Source: Candidatus Cloacimonadales bacterium (GTDB lineage Bacteria; Cloacimonadota; Cloacimonadia; Cloacimonadales; DAONDQ01). Taken from it: a stretch of DNA of 64,000 nt. Of the stretch, positions 9,064 to 19,453 are shown one piece after another (within the stretch, counting starts at the first letter, position 1; the number at the start of each line of letters is the position of its first letter). The position numbers were made by a program, and so were the translations under genes. The notes under the pieces are model-generated. The model worked only from the letters and a program-made list of their open reading frames with translations, made no database searches and was not told the origin of the DNA. The DNA lies in contig OY759316.1 in the NCBI GenBank assembly GCA_963662275.1, forward strand, positions 2,944,001 to 3,008,000. Reading direction: 5' to 3'.

Positions 9064-12000
9064 ATGAAAGCATCAAATTACATTGTTTTTATGCTGACCA
9101 TTCTTACCATCATGTTAGCTGGTAACCTATTCGGTGAAACCATCTACAATGAAACAACCGGAACTGCAAGCTCAATCACACTAGTCAACAGTTATACAGG
9201 TTGGCTGAACTATGGAACGGTAACTTACTCCGGAACGGCTGATACCCGCAACACAAACCCTTCTACCGGGTATTCCGGTGCCAGCGGAGCTGGTAATACA
9301 TATTTTATTGGCGGTTCCTCAAACTATATGCAGATAGCCGGTATTAATACCCTGGGGTATACTAATATCAGGCTTGCTTGCGGTATTTTTAAAACGAATA
9401 TCATTACCGCCACCGGTAATGCTGAAAACGGTTCCAATTTCCAGATCAGGTACAGTACAGATGGAACAACCTGGTCATCTCCCCTTGTATACACCTTGCC
9501 CACAGGGACAGGCACTAATTCAGATTATACCTGGATTACCTTCTCTGAAGCCTTACCGGCTGTTGCAAACCTGTATTTGAAATTCACTGATGTGGGAGCC
9601 ACAGAGCCTGTGCACTTCAGACTGGATGATGTTACCGTCACAGGTACCACTTTCAATATCTATAACGAAACTGTGGGAAACGGATCAATTGGTATATCGG
9701 TTGGATCATATACGGGGTGGAATTTCTCTACTCCAATTACCTATTCAGGTACAGCTGGTGTACAAAGTAGCTACTCATCAGCAGGCACTTACACCAATGC
9801 ATCCGGTAATGGAAATGTGTATATCCCAAATGATACCTACTTATCCATCTCAGGCATCAATACTACAGGATATACAGATATTTGGTTATCTTTTGGTGTT
9901 CACAAGGACAACAGCGCAGAAACTGGTACTAACTTCCAGGTGGATGTGTACGATGGAGTAACCCTTTTCGGGACATACTTTGTGAATATCCCCACCACTT
10001 CCAATGATCTCTGGATCAACCGAACGGTAGCAGTTCAGATTCCAGTAACTACCAATTTAGTCTTAAAATTTACTGACATACATCCTTCCAGGGACTTCCG
10101 AATCGACGATATCAAGCTTCGGGCTGCAATTAAAGCTCCGAATGTATCATCGCCTAGGGCTACCAGCATCACCAATACAACCGGTACCCTGGGAGCGAGC
10201 ATTGTATTATTGAACAGCGATAATGCCACAGAAAGGGGTATTTACTACTCTACAACCAGTGGTTTTGCCAATGGCACAGGTACAAAGGTATCTGAAACAG
10301 GAACGTTCAGTGCCATAGGTACTTTCACACTCCCTGTTACCGGATTGACTGAAAATACCATTTACTACTTTAAAGGATTTGCTACTAATATCGCCGGCAC
10401 AGGATATTCTAACCAAGGTACTTTTACCACTACCAATGTTCCTCCCACAATTGCACTGCCGACAGTAAGCAGTGTAACAAATACGACCGCTATACTGGGA
10501 GCCAGCATCACTGCTCTAAACAGCAGCACTGCCACGGAAAGGGGTATCTATTACTCCACGACTGATGGCTTTGCAAATGGTACTGGTACCAAAGTATCGG
10601 AAACAGGAGCATTCAGTTCCACAGATCCATTTACCATAAGTGTCACCGGTTTGACTCCAAATACAACATATTACTATAAAGGCTTCGTCACAGATGCTGC
10701 TGGAAGTGGATACACCGTCCAAGATACCTTCATTACCACCAACATTTTCCCTCCGACCGTAGCATTACCTACTGCAACTGGTATTACCAACACAACCGCT
10801 GTACTGGGTGCCAGCATCACAGCCTTTAACAATAGCAGCGCCACGGAAAGAGGTATCTATTACTCAACAACCAATGGCTTTGCCGATGGCACCGGTACTA
10901 AAGTCTCTGAAACAGGAACATTTAGTACCACAGGTGCTTTCACCATTTCTGTGACTGGTCTATCACCCAATACCTTGTATTATTACAAAGGCTTTGCCAC
11001 AAATGCTGCCGGCAGCAGTTATACTGTGCAGGACAGCATGACCACCACCAATATCTTCCCTCCGACTGTTGTACTGCCTACTGCAACTGGTATTACCAAC
11101 ACAACCGCTGTACTGGGTGCCAGTATCACTGCCTTTAACAATAGCAACGCCACGGAAAGAGGTATCTATTACTCTACAACCGATGGCTTTGCCGATGGCA
11201 CCGGCACCAAGGTATCTGAAACAGGGACGTTCAGTACCACAAGTGCTTTCACCGTTTCTGTTACAGGCTTATCACCCAATACCTTGTATTATTACAAAGG
11301 CTTTGCCACAAATGCTGCAGGCAGCGGTTACACCGTGCAAGGCAGCATGACCACCACCAATATCTTCCCTCCGACTGTTGAATTGCCAACAGCTTCCAGC
11401 ATCACCAATACAACAGCCGTCCTGGGAGCCAGCGTTACCACTCTCATCAATGGTAGTGCAACTGAAAGGGGTATCTATTACTCCACAACAGATGGCTTTG
11501 CGGATGGCACCGGAACAAAAGTATCCGAAACAGGAACATTCAGTTCTCTCGGTGCTTTTACACTTGAAGTCACGGGTCTGTCCCCCAATACCGTGTATTA
11601 TTACAAAGGCTTTGCCATAAACATCGATGGCAGTGGATACACAGCCCAGGCTACTTTTACCACGACCAATATCTTCCCCCCCAGCATTACCGCAAATGCA
11701 ACAGCGAATCTGACTGATGAGGGTGCAACCCTGAATGCCAACATCACCAGCACCAACAATGCCCTGGTCACAGAACGGGGATTTTATTATTCCTCTGTAA
11801 GTGGTTTCGCTGATGGTACAGGTACCAAGATCTCGGAAACCGGTTCCTTTGGAGTGGGGGCTTATTCATTAATCCTCACAGGTCTGGACCAACATACCCA
11901 ATACTACTTTAAAGCCTTTGCCACGAATGCAGTTGGTACAACATATTCAGCCCAGGGTTCCATCAACCCAACTGTTATTCCTCCCCTGGCAACAATCGAT

Positions 12001-15000
12001 TCACCGGATGATGCTGCCGTCGTCACCAATTCTGCCAGCTTGAACTGGACAGATGGAGGAGGCTGGACATACGGCTTCAAATTGTTTATGGGAACCGATG
12101 CTGCAGCTACAAATCTTACCCCTGCAGGTGGACTTGACTTAGGCTATGTAACCACATACACACCAGCATTTATTAACGGCAGTACTTATTACTGGCGGAT
12201 TCAACCTTATAACAGTTTTGGCGCAAATACGACAGGAACCATTAGGTCATTTACTGTTTCCGGTCCTTTAAGCGGAACTAAAATCATTGGACCAGGTGGT
12301 GATTATGCCAGTTTCACGGCTGCCATCAATGCCCTCAATACAATGGGAGTGGCAGTCGGAGGCGGTGGAGTTACATTTAATGTGACTGCCGGAGAAGTAT
12401 TTACAGAAGCCATGCCGATTCCTGCAATTACTGCTACGGGGACCCTGGCAGACCAGGTCATTTTCAGGAAGTCCGGTACAGGAGCCAACCCAATCGTACA
12501 GGCTACAGGTACAAGTGTAAGTCAAGAGTATTTCTTCAAACTCTTAGGTTCTGATTATGTTACATTTGATGGCATCGACCTGCGCAATACCGGTACAACT
12601 GAACTGATGGACTATGGCTACTGGCTGCAAGCTGTTGCAACTAATGGCTGCAACCATAATACGATCCAAAACTGCACTGTAACATTGGATAAAGCAAGTA
12701 ATTACACGACTGGTATAAAGGTTTATTATACTAATTCGAGTTCAATAACCAACAACTACAACAAGTTCTATAACAACACCATCAATCATGCCATATATGG
12801 TTACGATATCTATGGAATAACTGGTAGTGTGAAGGACACTGGGAATGAAATCGGCACCACAACAGGTACAACGATGATTAATGATGTGAGCTTTGGTGCA
12901 TATCTAGCTTTCCAGACCAACGCTAAGATTTACAACCAGGTCATTACGTTTGCAGCATCTTCAGACATATCTAATTATGGGATTTATTGTCAAACCTGCA
13001 CGGCAGATGTTTACAACAATCGTGTCCAAAATGGCATTTCACATGGCAGCAACGGTATGTTTGGCTACTATAATTCAAGCTCTCAAAACAATGTCCATGA
13101 CAATACTTTTACGGGATTTTCTTGCACCTATGGTACAATAGCGGGTATCAATATATCAAGCGGATCAGATAACGTCTACAGAAACAAGATATATAATCTG
13201 AGCTATACAGTCATCGGTATAGGTACGGTATCAGGAATTATCTTAACAGCTGGATCCAGTAATGTATATAATAATATGATCTGGGATTTGAGAGCTCCAG
13301 CCTCTTACAGTACTAATCCGTGTGTAAATGGTATTCAAATCGGTTCCAGTACAAACAAAATATATAATAATACTGTCTATCTGTATCAAACGGCTACAGG
13401 GACAAATGCTGGTATTACGGCTGCTCTGACATTTAGTACAGCAGCATCTTATTCACAGGATTTGAGAAATAATATCTTTGTCAACAAAAGTGCTGCCAGT
13501 AATAATCCCTCAAGCCGCACATGTGCTATTTTCAAATCTTTTACAGGCTGGTCATGTCTGACAGCCACTTCCGGCAGAAATATCTATTATGCCTATAATA
13601 CCGCTCTCCCCGGAACCAGAAATCCTATCTGCTATGAAAATACTTCAGATATTGCAAACATTGATGCTTATCACACTGCAGTCGGATCATTGGATGCAGT
13701 GTCCTGGTCTGAAGATGTACCATTTGATCTCAGTAATCTTCCTCACATTACAACCGGCGGGATTACCTTTGCAGAAGGAAATGGTCTGCCAGTTACATCT
13801 CCAGCTATCACGGATGATATTGATGGCAATCTCAGGGATGCTTCCACCCCTGATATCGGTGCCGATGAAGGGGCTTTTACCAATGTAGGACTGGCTCCCA
13901 TGGCTGCCAACGTACCGAATCCTGCTAATACTTTTTCTGCCTTTCCTCCGACGAATGTAACCTTTAGCTGGCGTGCTCAGGCTGATCAGACCCATGGTGT
14001 ACCCACTTCCTATAAATTCTATCTGCGCCAATCCACCGGAACTTATGCAGATATGATCAATGGTATCGATCTCGGAACCGCTTTATCATATACTCCTGCA
14101 ACACCGCTTTTGATTGGTACAGGTTATGTATGGAAAGTGATTCCTGCCAATGCAACAGGTGAGGCAATGAATCCGCCTGAATGGTGTTTTTCCACAGCTT
14201 ACCTGCCCTTGAACGGTATTTATACGATCGATAATACCTTGCCTTCCGGTGGAATTAACTTCGCGTCCTTTTCGGATGCAATTAGTGCACTGAATTATTC
14301 CCTGATCTCCGGACCAGTAACATTCCGGGTAACTTCAGGACAAACCTTTGTAGAAAATTTACCAGCTATTACCCTTCAGGCAACCCTCGATAACCAGGTA
14401 ACCTTTGTGAAGTATGGTACATCTGCTAATCCAGTGATCAAAGCAGGGATAGGGAAAAGTTCTACAAGTGATGCGATAGTAACCTTTTCTTGCTGCGATT
14501 ACATCACCTTTGACAGTATCGACCTGAGTGAAAATATAGGTGTAAACATGACAGCCTACACCCAAGCCGAAATCGGTTTTAATATCTATAACGGGAGTAG
14601 TGGTGCTCAACATAATACCATTAGGGACTGTAATATCACACTGGCTAATGCTACTACTCTCAATGCAACTGGTATCTACCTAAAGTCCTCAGGATCAGCT
14701 GCTACGACAAACTCCTATAACAGATTCTTAGGTAACTCCGTGAGCGGTTGTTTTAATGCATATATTATTCAAGGTTCTTCCTCAACTTCAGCGGAAGATA
14801 TCGGAAATGAAATCGGCTCTTCCTCGCGTCGTGGTACGATGACCGGTTGTAATTATGGAGTATATTATTATCATCAAAAGTCATTTAAAATATATGACCA
14901 GACAATCCTCCTGACTGGTGCAAACGGAGGATCTAATGGCATCTATTGTAATCTCGCGTCGACAAGCACAGTTGAGATTTACAACAATAATATCTCAATG

Positions 15001-16569
15001 CAGGAAACCGCTCACACTTCTGGCGGTTGTACTGGAGTTTACCTTAATAGCGGCTTCAGTGCTTCCATTCATGATAACGTCATCCATGATTTGTCCGACA
15101 TAGTTGCTACAGGAAGTTATGTATGCGGTATCTATGTTACAGCAGGTGCTACAGGTCAGACGAATAATATCTATAACAACCAGGTATACAATCTCAGTTC
15201 TTTGCGCCATACCCAATATGGTATCAATGTCTCAAACACTTATAGCACCAACAACATTTACAACAATGTGATTCATGACGTCACAAGTAGTACGACAAAT
15301 GGTGGTACGCAATATGGAATCTACTGCAATGCTGGGATAAATAATGTGTATGATAATGAGACCTACAACATTAACATCACTGTCGGCTCAGGAGGCAAGG
15401 TTTATGGCATATATGCAGGAACAGGAATCAATACCATCCATGGTAACAACGTCCACAATATGATTAATAACAGCACTACTGCCTCTCAAACTTACGGTAT
15501 TGCAAGTGGTACAAATACTTCCTGCCTGATTTACGAAAACATCGTAAGAGCAATTTCAAGTAACTTGTCAAGTGTAGCAGGTATCTATGTGAGTGGCGGT
15601 TCAGCCAGTACTGTCAGAAATAACAAAGTGTATGATCTCACTTATACGGGAACCTTAACCTCACAAGTGAATGGGATTTCAACAGATACTGGCAGCACAA
15701 GTTATGTTTACAACAACTTTGTATCAGACCTCAAAGCTCCTGCCATTGCATCCGGAACAACTCCCTTCATCGCTGGCATAAGTGTACTCGGGATAAGCAA
15801 CTATCTCTGGTACAATACAATCTTCCTGAATGGTACGGCATCTAATGGTATGTTGAATAGCGCAGCTATTTATATATCTTCAGCTACTTCGCTGGTGGAG
15901 ATGAAAAATAACATCTTCATTAATATGAGTGCTATAGGTTCAACAGGTATCGCAAACGCGATTTGGAAAACGTTCACAACCTGGACCAGTATCACTTCCG
16001 ATAACAATATCTTCTTTGCCGGTAATGGTGATACCCAGCATCTGATATGCTATGATGGAACGAATAGCTACCAAACATTCGATGCTTATCAGTCAGCCTC
16101 AGGAAATGACTCACACAGTTATACAGGAGATATCAACTTCGTAAATGCTGTAACAGCCCCTTATGACCTGGATATCAACCCATCGCTATCCAGCCTTGCT
16201 GATGGAGCGGGAGTAGTCATCACATCTCCTGTTTCCGTTACAGATGATTACCATTATCAGCCCCGGGCTACAGGACTTGCCGGCGATCTACCGGATATCG
16301 GAGCTGATGAAGTAACTTTACTGTTACTACCGCCTTCTACACCTGGAAATGTCAGTATCACTAGGGCAACCGGCTTAGGGAATTTGACCATTACCTGGGA
16401 TGCTTCCACAGGTGATGTTAAGGGATATCACGTCTACAGTTGCCCCACTCCGGACTTCTCTTCTGAACGTACTGCCCTGGTAGGGTCTACATCAATTTCA
16501 ACGCGAACCCTAACAGTTCCTGCTTCTGAATTGCCCATAAGGATGTTTTACCGGGTTACTGCCTATTAA
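9064..16569 (+). CDS. Giant secreted/surface protein (2501 aa), paralogue of the upstream gene
   Basis: Signal peptide MKASNYIVFMLTILTIMLAGNLFG; two similar N-terminal beta-sandwich-like domains; six FN3-like repeats; two beta-helices; same C-terminus LTVPASELPIRMFYRVTAY. Confidence 0.92.
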   Translation: MKASNYIVFMLTILTIMLAGNLFGETIYNETTGTASSITLVNSYTGWLNYGTVTYSGTADTRNTNPSTGYSGASGAGNTYFIGGSSNYMQIAGINTLGYTNIRLACGIFKTNIITATGNAENGSNFQIRYSTDGTTWSSPLVYTLPTGTGTNSDYTWITFSEALPAVANLYLKFTDVGATEPVHFRLDDVTVTGTTFNIYNETVGNGSIGISVGSYTGWNFSTPITYSGTAGVQSSYSSAGTYTNASGNGNVYIPNDTYLSISGINTTGYTDIWLSFGVHKDNSAETGTNFQVDVYDGVTLFGTYFVNIPTTSNDLWINRTVAVQIPVTTNLVLKFTDIHPSRDFRIDDIKLRAAIKAPNVSSPRATSITNTTGTLGASIVLLNSDNATERGIYYSTTSGFANGTGTKVSETGTFSAIGTFTLPVTGLTENTIYYFKGFATNIAGTGYSNQGTFTTTNVPPTIALPTVSSVTNTTAILGASITALNSSTATERGIYYSTTDGFANGTGTKVSETGAFSSTDPFTISVTGLTPNTTYYYKGFVTDAAGSGYTVQDTFITTNIFPPTVALPTATGITNTTAVLGASITAFNNSSATERGIYYSTTNGFADGTGTKVSETGTFSTTGAFTISVTGLSPNTLYYYKGFATNAAGSSYTVQDSMTTTNIFPPTVVLPTATGITNTTAVLGASITAFNNSNATERGIYYSTTDGFADGTGTKVSETGTFSTTSAFTVSVTGLSPNTLYYYKGFATNAAGSGYTVQGSMTTTNIFPPTVELPTASSITNTTAVLGASVTTLINGSATERGIYYSTTDGFADGTGTKVSETGTFSSLGAFTLEVTGLSPNTVYYYKGFAINIDGSGYTAQATFTTTNIFPPSITANATANLTDEGATLNANITSTNNALVTERGFYYSSVSGFADGTGTKISETGSFGVGAYSLILTGLDQHTQYYFKAFATNAVGTTYSAQGSINPTVIPPLATIDSPDDAAVVTNSASLNWTDGGGWTYGFKLFMGTDAAATNLTPAGGLDLGYVTTYTPAFINGSTYYWRIQPYNSFGANTTGTIRSFTVSGPLSGTKIIGPGGDYASFTAAINALNTMGVAVGGGGVTFNVTAGEVFTEAMPIPAITATGTLADQVIFRKSGTGANPIVQATGTSVSQEYFFKLLGSDYVTFDGIDLRNTGTTELMDYGYWLQAVATNGCNHNTIQNCTVTLDKASNYTTGIKVYYTNSSSITNNYNKFYNNTINHAIYGYDIYGITGSVKDTGNEIGTTTGTTMINDVSFGAYLAFQTNAKIYNQVITFAASSDISNYGIYCQTCTADVYNNRVQNGISHGSNGMFGYYNSSSQNNVHDNTFTGFSCTYGTIAGINISSGSDNVYRNKIYNLSYTVIGIGTVSGIILTAGSSNVYNNMIWDLRAPASYSTNPCVNGIQIGSSTNKIYNNTVYLYQTATGTNAGITAALTFSTAASYSQDLRNNIFVNKSAASNNPSSRTCAIFKSFTGWSCLTATSGRNIYYAYNTALPGTRNPICYENTSDIANIDAYHTAVGSLDAVSWSEDVPFDLSNLPHITTGGITFAEGNGLPVTSPAITDDIDGNLRDASTPDIGADEGAFTNVGLAPMAANVPNPANTFSAFPPTNVTFSWRAQADQTHGVPTSYKFYLRQSTGTYADMINGIDLGTALSYTPATPLLIGTGYVWKVIPANATGEAMNPPEWCFSTAYLPLNGIYTIDNTLPSGGINFASFSDAISALNYSLISGPVTFRVTSGQTFVENLPAITLQATLDNQVTFVKYGTSANPVIKAGIGKSSTSDAIVTFSCCDYITFDSIDLSENIGVNMTAYTQAEIGFNIYNGSSGAQHNTIRDCNITLANATTLNATGIYLKSSGSAATTNSYNRFLGNSVSGCFNAYIIQGSSSTSAEDIGNEIGSSSRRGTMTGCNYGVYYYHQKSFKIYDQTILLTGANGGSNGIYCNLASTSTVEIYNNNISMQETAHTSGGCTGVYLNSGFSASIHDNVIHDLSDIVATGSYVCGIYVTAGATGQTNNIYNNQVYNLSSLRHTQYGINVSNTYSTNNIYNNVIHDVTSSTTNGGTQYGIYCNAGINNVYDNETYNINITVGSGGKVYGIYAGTGINTIHGNNVHNMINNSTTASQTYGIASGTNTSCLIYENIVRAISSNLSSVAGIYVSGGSASTVRNNKVYDLTYTGTLTSQVNGISTDTGSTSYVYNNFVSDLKAPAIASGTTPFIAGISVLGISNYLWYNTIFLNGTASNGMLNSAAIYISSATSLVEMKNNIFINMSAIGSTGIANAIWKTFTTWTSITSDNNIFFAGNGDTQHLICYDGTNSYQTFDAYQSASGNDSHSYTGDINFVNAVTAPYDLDINPSLSSLADGAGVVITSPVSVTDDYHYQPRATGLAGDLPDIGADEVTLLLLPPSTPGNVSITRATGLGNLTITWDASTGDVKGYHVYSCPTPDFSSERTALVGSTSISTRTLTVPASELPIRMFYRVTAY
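10135..11965 (+). repeat. Six FN3-like repeats (last one divergent)
   Basis: ERGIYYST x5 plus ERGFYYSS. Boundaries approximate. Confidence 0.85.
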
Positions 16570-16600
16570 ATAATCCATCTCTCCAAATAACAAGACTGGC

Positions 16601-16707
16601 TATTTCCCTCCCTTTGGATAAAGGGAGGAATGGGTCAATACCAGCATCCTGTCTTATTTCCCTCCCTTTGGATAAAGGGAGGGATTAAGGGAGAGTTTGA
16701 TTCTGCT
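16601..16707. repeat. Two tandem REP-like palindromes (copies 2 and 3)
   Basis: Identical 28-mer TATTTCCCTCCCTTTGGATAAAGGGAGG at 16601-16628 and 16655-16682; the second carries the GGGAGAGTTTGATTCTGCT tail. Confidence 0.85.
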
Positions 16708-17177
16708 TTTCTCCTTATCCTCATATCTTCTGTATCACACATTTTTCAAAAGTAGGAATGTACCTTCCATGGCGAAACCACAGCTTTAATTCTTCATCAG
16801 TATTATTTCAATTCAGTTCTGATCTTTGATTCTTTGACGAAACATGATCGTGTGTCCGTATGCTCTTCTGCGATCTATCCTGATTTTCTATTTTCATTTA
16901 ACGGGTAACAGTTGCTTTTCAAACTCTCCGACCTAAAGGTCACCTCCGGTAGCGAAAACCCGTGTAGCATCGGATTCCGAAACGCACGGGGTGCATTTTG
17001 CCAAGCTCACTGATGATCAGCAAAAAGTTGAATTCGCTATTAATTTCGTCAAGACGTTTGCCAAAGTAAGCGACAAGGCAAGGCATTATCCTGCTCAATT
17101 AAAAGATTGGATCTATGAATATGAAAATGCGTACCACTTTCCCACATGTACACCACTTTTAACAGAACGACAGAACA

Positions 17178-17251
17178 ACCGCAACACTACCGCAGGACCA
17201 CCGCAGCAGAACCGCAGGGAAGAGCGGTTGTGTTTTGTTTGTTTGGTGGTT
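17178..17251. repeat. 11-bp-period ACCGCA array with inverted partner units
   Basis: ACCGCA at 17178, 17189, 17200, 17211; GCGGTT at 17224 and GTGGTT at 17246. Confidence 0.7.
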
Positions 17252-17659
17252 TTTGTCTGTACTGTTAAGGTTGTATTTAAAGACACTTATTAGGGGTTAT
17301 CTTAAGCCAGAAAAGAGCATAGAGTTGATCAAACCGAGAATTCATCCTCTTAAAGACACATAATACTATCAAAAAGATAGCGCTCAAGTATATTGATTTC
17401 CAGAAAAATACGTCTTCTCAAAGAGCACATAGCATCATCTAAAAAAAAGCTGGATAGCCAGTTATTTTTTATCAAAATTAACAAATAGGAAAATAGTTTT
17501 AACTGCTTATATATCAATTTCTTATCATGCATGTGTCTAAGGACGCTGAAAACAACCTCTATTTTCTATCTATTTCTCATGTTTGAAGTTGTGGTGATTA
17601 TATTTTGTAAGTGTTCAAATCAATGGAAGTTAGAAATGCTAAAAAAATATAAAAAACAC

Positions 17660-17723
17660 TTGACAGGCTCTCATAATATCTTAAGAAATGTCATTGAATC
17701 TCAATGCCTCTCAAAATTTCTCA
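17660..17723 (+). promoter_or_regulatory. dcw promoter (-35 TTGACA) overlapped by six phased pentamer boxes (putative MraZ operator)
   Basis: TTGACA at 17660-17665; TCTCA, TCTTA, TGTCA, TCTCA, TCTCA, TCTCA at 17669, 17679, 17689, 17699, 17709, 17719. Confidence 0.7.
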
Positions 17724-17739
17724 ACGTATGGGGGAGCTA

Positions 17740-18177
17740 ATGCCATCTGGTGACTTTATTGGAACCTATGAAGTATCAGTCTATAAGCAGCGTATCATGC
17801 TACCGACTCAATTTCAGAAGAAATTGAATCCTGCTGCAAAACAGACATTTATCCTCACGCTTGGTTTTGATAATACCATTTCAGCGTATTCCCTTGATAA
17901 TTGGAATATCCTCATTAATCGCCTGCAACATGGCTCAGAAGAAGATCAGGAATTTTTAACTGATCTCTATTACTATGCAATGGAACAGCAACTGGAAGGA
18001 CCGGGGCGTCTGAAAATCAGTGATGATCTAATGCGTGTCGCAAATATCAAAGATGTCGTGAAAATCATAGGAGTCGGAACTTTCATCTCGATATTCAATC
18101 CGGATCATCTCGAAAATCGTCGTCAGAAAATTGAAGAAAACAATAAAGGCTATTCACGTCGGAAATGGAATCTGTGA
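17740..18177 (+). CDS. mraZ: Division/cell wall cluster transcriptional regulator MraZ (divergent)
   Basis: First gene of the dcw cluster; 'FIGTYEVSV..QRIMLP..F' and 'GRLKI...V.IIGVG.FI.IF' MraZ-like halves; start moved to ATG 17740 after RBS GGGGAG. Confidence 0.85.
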   Translation: MPSGDFIGTYEVSVYKQRIMLPTQFQKKLNPAAKQTFILTLGFDNTISAYSLDNWNILINRLQHGSEEDQEFLTDLYYYAMEQQLEGPGRLKISDDLMRVANIKDVVKIIGVGTFISIFNPDHLENRRQKIEENNKGYSRRKWNL

Positions 18178-19115
18178 TCTATCATGTACCAGTTTTATTG
18201 GAGGTTTGCGTGGAAGCGATGCAATTGAAGGATAATGGGATCTATGTTGATGCGACTGCTGGTGGCGGTAGCCATAGTGAAGCATTATTACAAGCTAATC
18301 CTACCATTCAATTGTACGCCTTTGACCAGGATCCGGAAGCCATTGCTTCTGCTTCAGAACATCTAGCCCAATTTAATGACCGGATTCATTTGATCCAGGA
18401 TAATTTTTCACATTTACGAACACGTCTGGCGCTACAAAAAATCAAGCACATAGATGGTATTTTATTTGATCTAGGTGTTTCCTCGCATCAGATCGATATT
18501 GCAGAACGCGGGTTCAGTTTTCAGCAATCCGGTATCCTGGATATGAGAATGAACCAGGAAGTGGGGGTTCCTGCTTTCGAAATTGTAAATCATTACGGAT
18601 ATGAACAATTAGCAAAAATCTTCAGAGAATATGGAGAGGAACCTGATGCCGGTAAAGTTGCCAGGGTCATTCTTCATGCGAGAGAAAAACATCCAATCCA
18701 GACAACAGATGATCTTTCAATGCTAATCGATGAGAACTTTCCCCAGAATCCCAAATTCAAAACAAAAATGAAAGCTAGAATCTTTCAAGCTTTACGCATT
18801 TATGTAAATCGTGAATTAGAAAATCTTCAAGCAGTACTGGTTGATTGCACGAATATTCTCAACCCTGGTGGAAGAATTGTAGTTATTTCTTATCATAGCT
18901 TAGAAGACCGCATCGTTAAGAACTACTTTAGGGCTGAGGAAAAAGCCTGCATTTGTCCTGATAATTTTCCCAAATGCATTTGTAACAAGAAGTCTAGATT
19001 AAAAATTATTACCCGCAAACCACTTTTGCCGGATTCATCTGAAATTTTAACCAACAGCCGATCCCGCAGCGCTAAGCTTCGCGTTGCAGAAAGACAGGGG
19101 GAATCATGTATATGA
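18165..19115 (+). CDS. rsmH: 16S rRNA m4C1402 methyltransferase
   Basis: HVPVLL, DATAGGGSHS, DLGVSSHQID, FQALRIYVNREL, ISYHSLEDRIVK, SRSAKLR motifs. Confidence 0.97.
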   Translation: MESVIYHVPVLLEVCVEAMQLKDNGIYVDATAGGGSHSEALLQANPTIQLYAFDQDPEAIASASEHLAQFNDRIHLIQDNFSHLRTRLALQKIKHIDGILFDLGVSSHQIDIAERGFSFQQSGILDMRMNQEVGVPAFEIVNHYGYEQLAKIFREYGEEPDAGKVARVILHAREKHPIQTTDDLSMLIDENFPQNPKFKTKMKARIFQALRIYVNRELENLQAVLVDCTNILNPGGRIVVISYHSLEDRIVKNYFRAEEKACICPDNFPKCICNKKSRLKIITRKPLLPDSSEILTNSRSRSAKLRVAERQGESCI

Positions 19116-19447
19116 AGAAATCATTCCTATTATTTTTTATTCTTATCGCGATCTTCCTTCATTTTTTTAATGAAAATCAAATTGTGAAAGCAACTAAGGA
19201 AACGGCAAGACTTAGAAAACTGTTTAATGCTGAAAAAACAATCAACACGGAATTCTGGATTTATAATTATCAACTGAATTCACGTGATCGAATCCTCCAG
19301 TATGCCTCTACTGATTTGGGTATGATCTGCCCAAAAACAGATGGTGAACAGGTGATATACATCAAGGAAAACGAGACAAAAGATAAGATATTATTCAGCC
19401 TGATCGATTTTATCATCCCTGAAGCACAAGCCTTAACCCAGAAGTAG
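19106..19447 (+). CDS. ftsL: FtsL-like cell division protein
   Basis: Located between rsmH and ftsI; short, one N-terminal TM helix then a helical segment; called mainly on synteny. Confidence 0.6.
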   Translation: MYMKKSFLLFFILIAIFLHFFNENQIVKATKETARLRKLFNAEKTINTEFWIYNYQLNSRDRILQYASTDLGMICPKTDGEQVIYIKENETKDKILFSLIDFIIPEAQALTQK

Positions 19448-19453
19448 GTTAGC

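Noticed and set aside
1360..15216. Many short alternative-frame and antisense ORFs within the two giant genes
   Set aside because: By-products of repetitive coding sequence; no RBS or independent motifs.
1..16569. Diversity-generating retroelement acting on the Asn-rich giant genes
   Set aside because: No reverse transcriptase or non-coding template repeat is visible, and the differences I inspected are not adenine-specific.
16991..17293. 100-aa ORF in the spacer before mraZ
   Set aside because: No RBS and the second half is translated 11-mer repeats. The first half could be a gene remnant, but I cannot support that without a search.
17350..17740. Two short ORFs upstream of mraZ
   Set aside because: AT-rich promoter region; no RBS or recognisable protein features.
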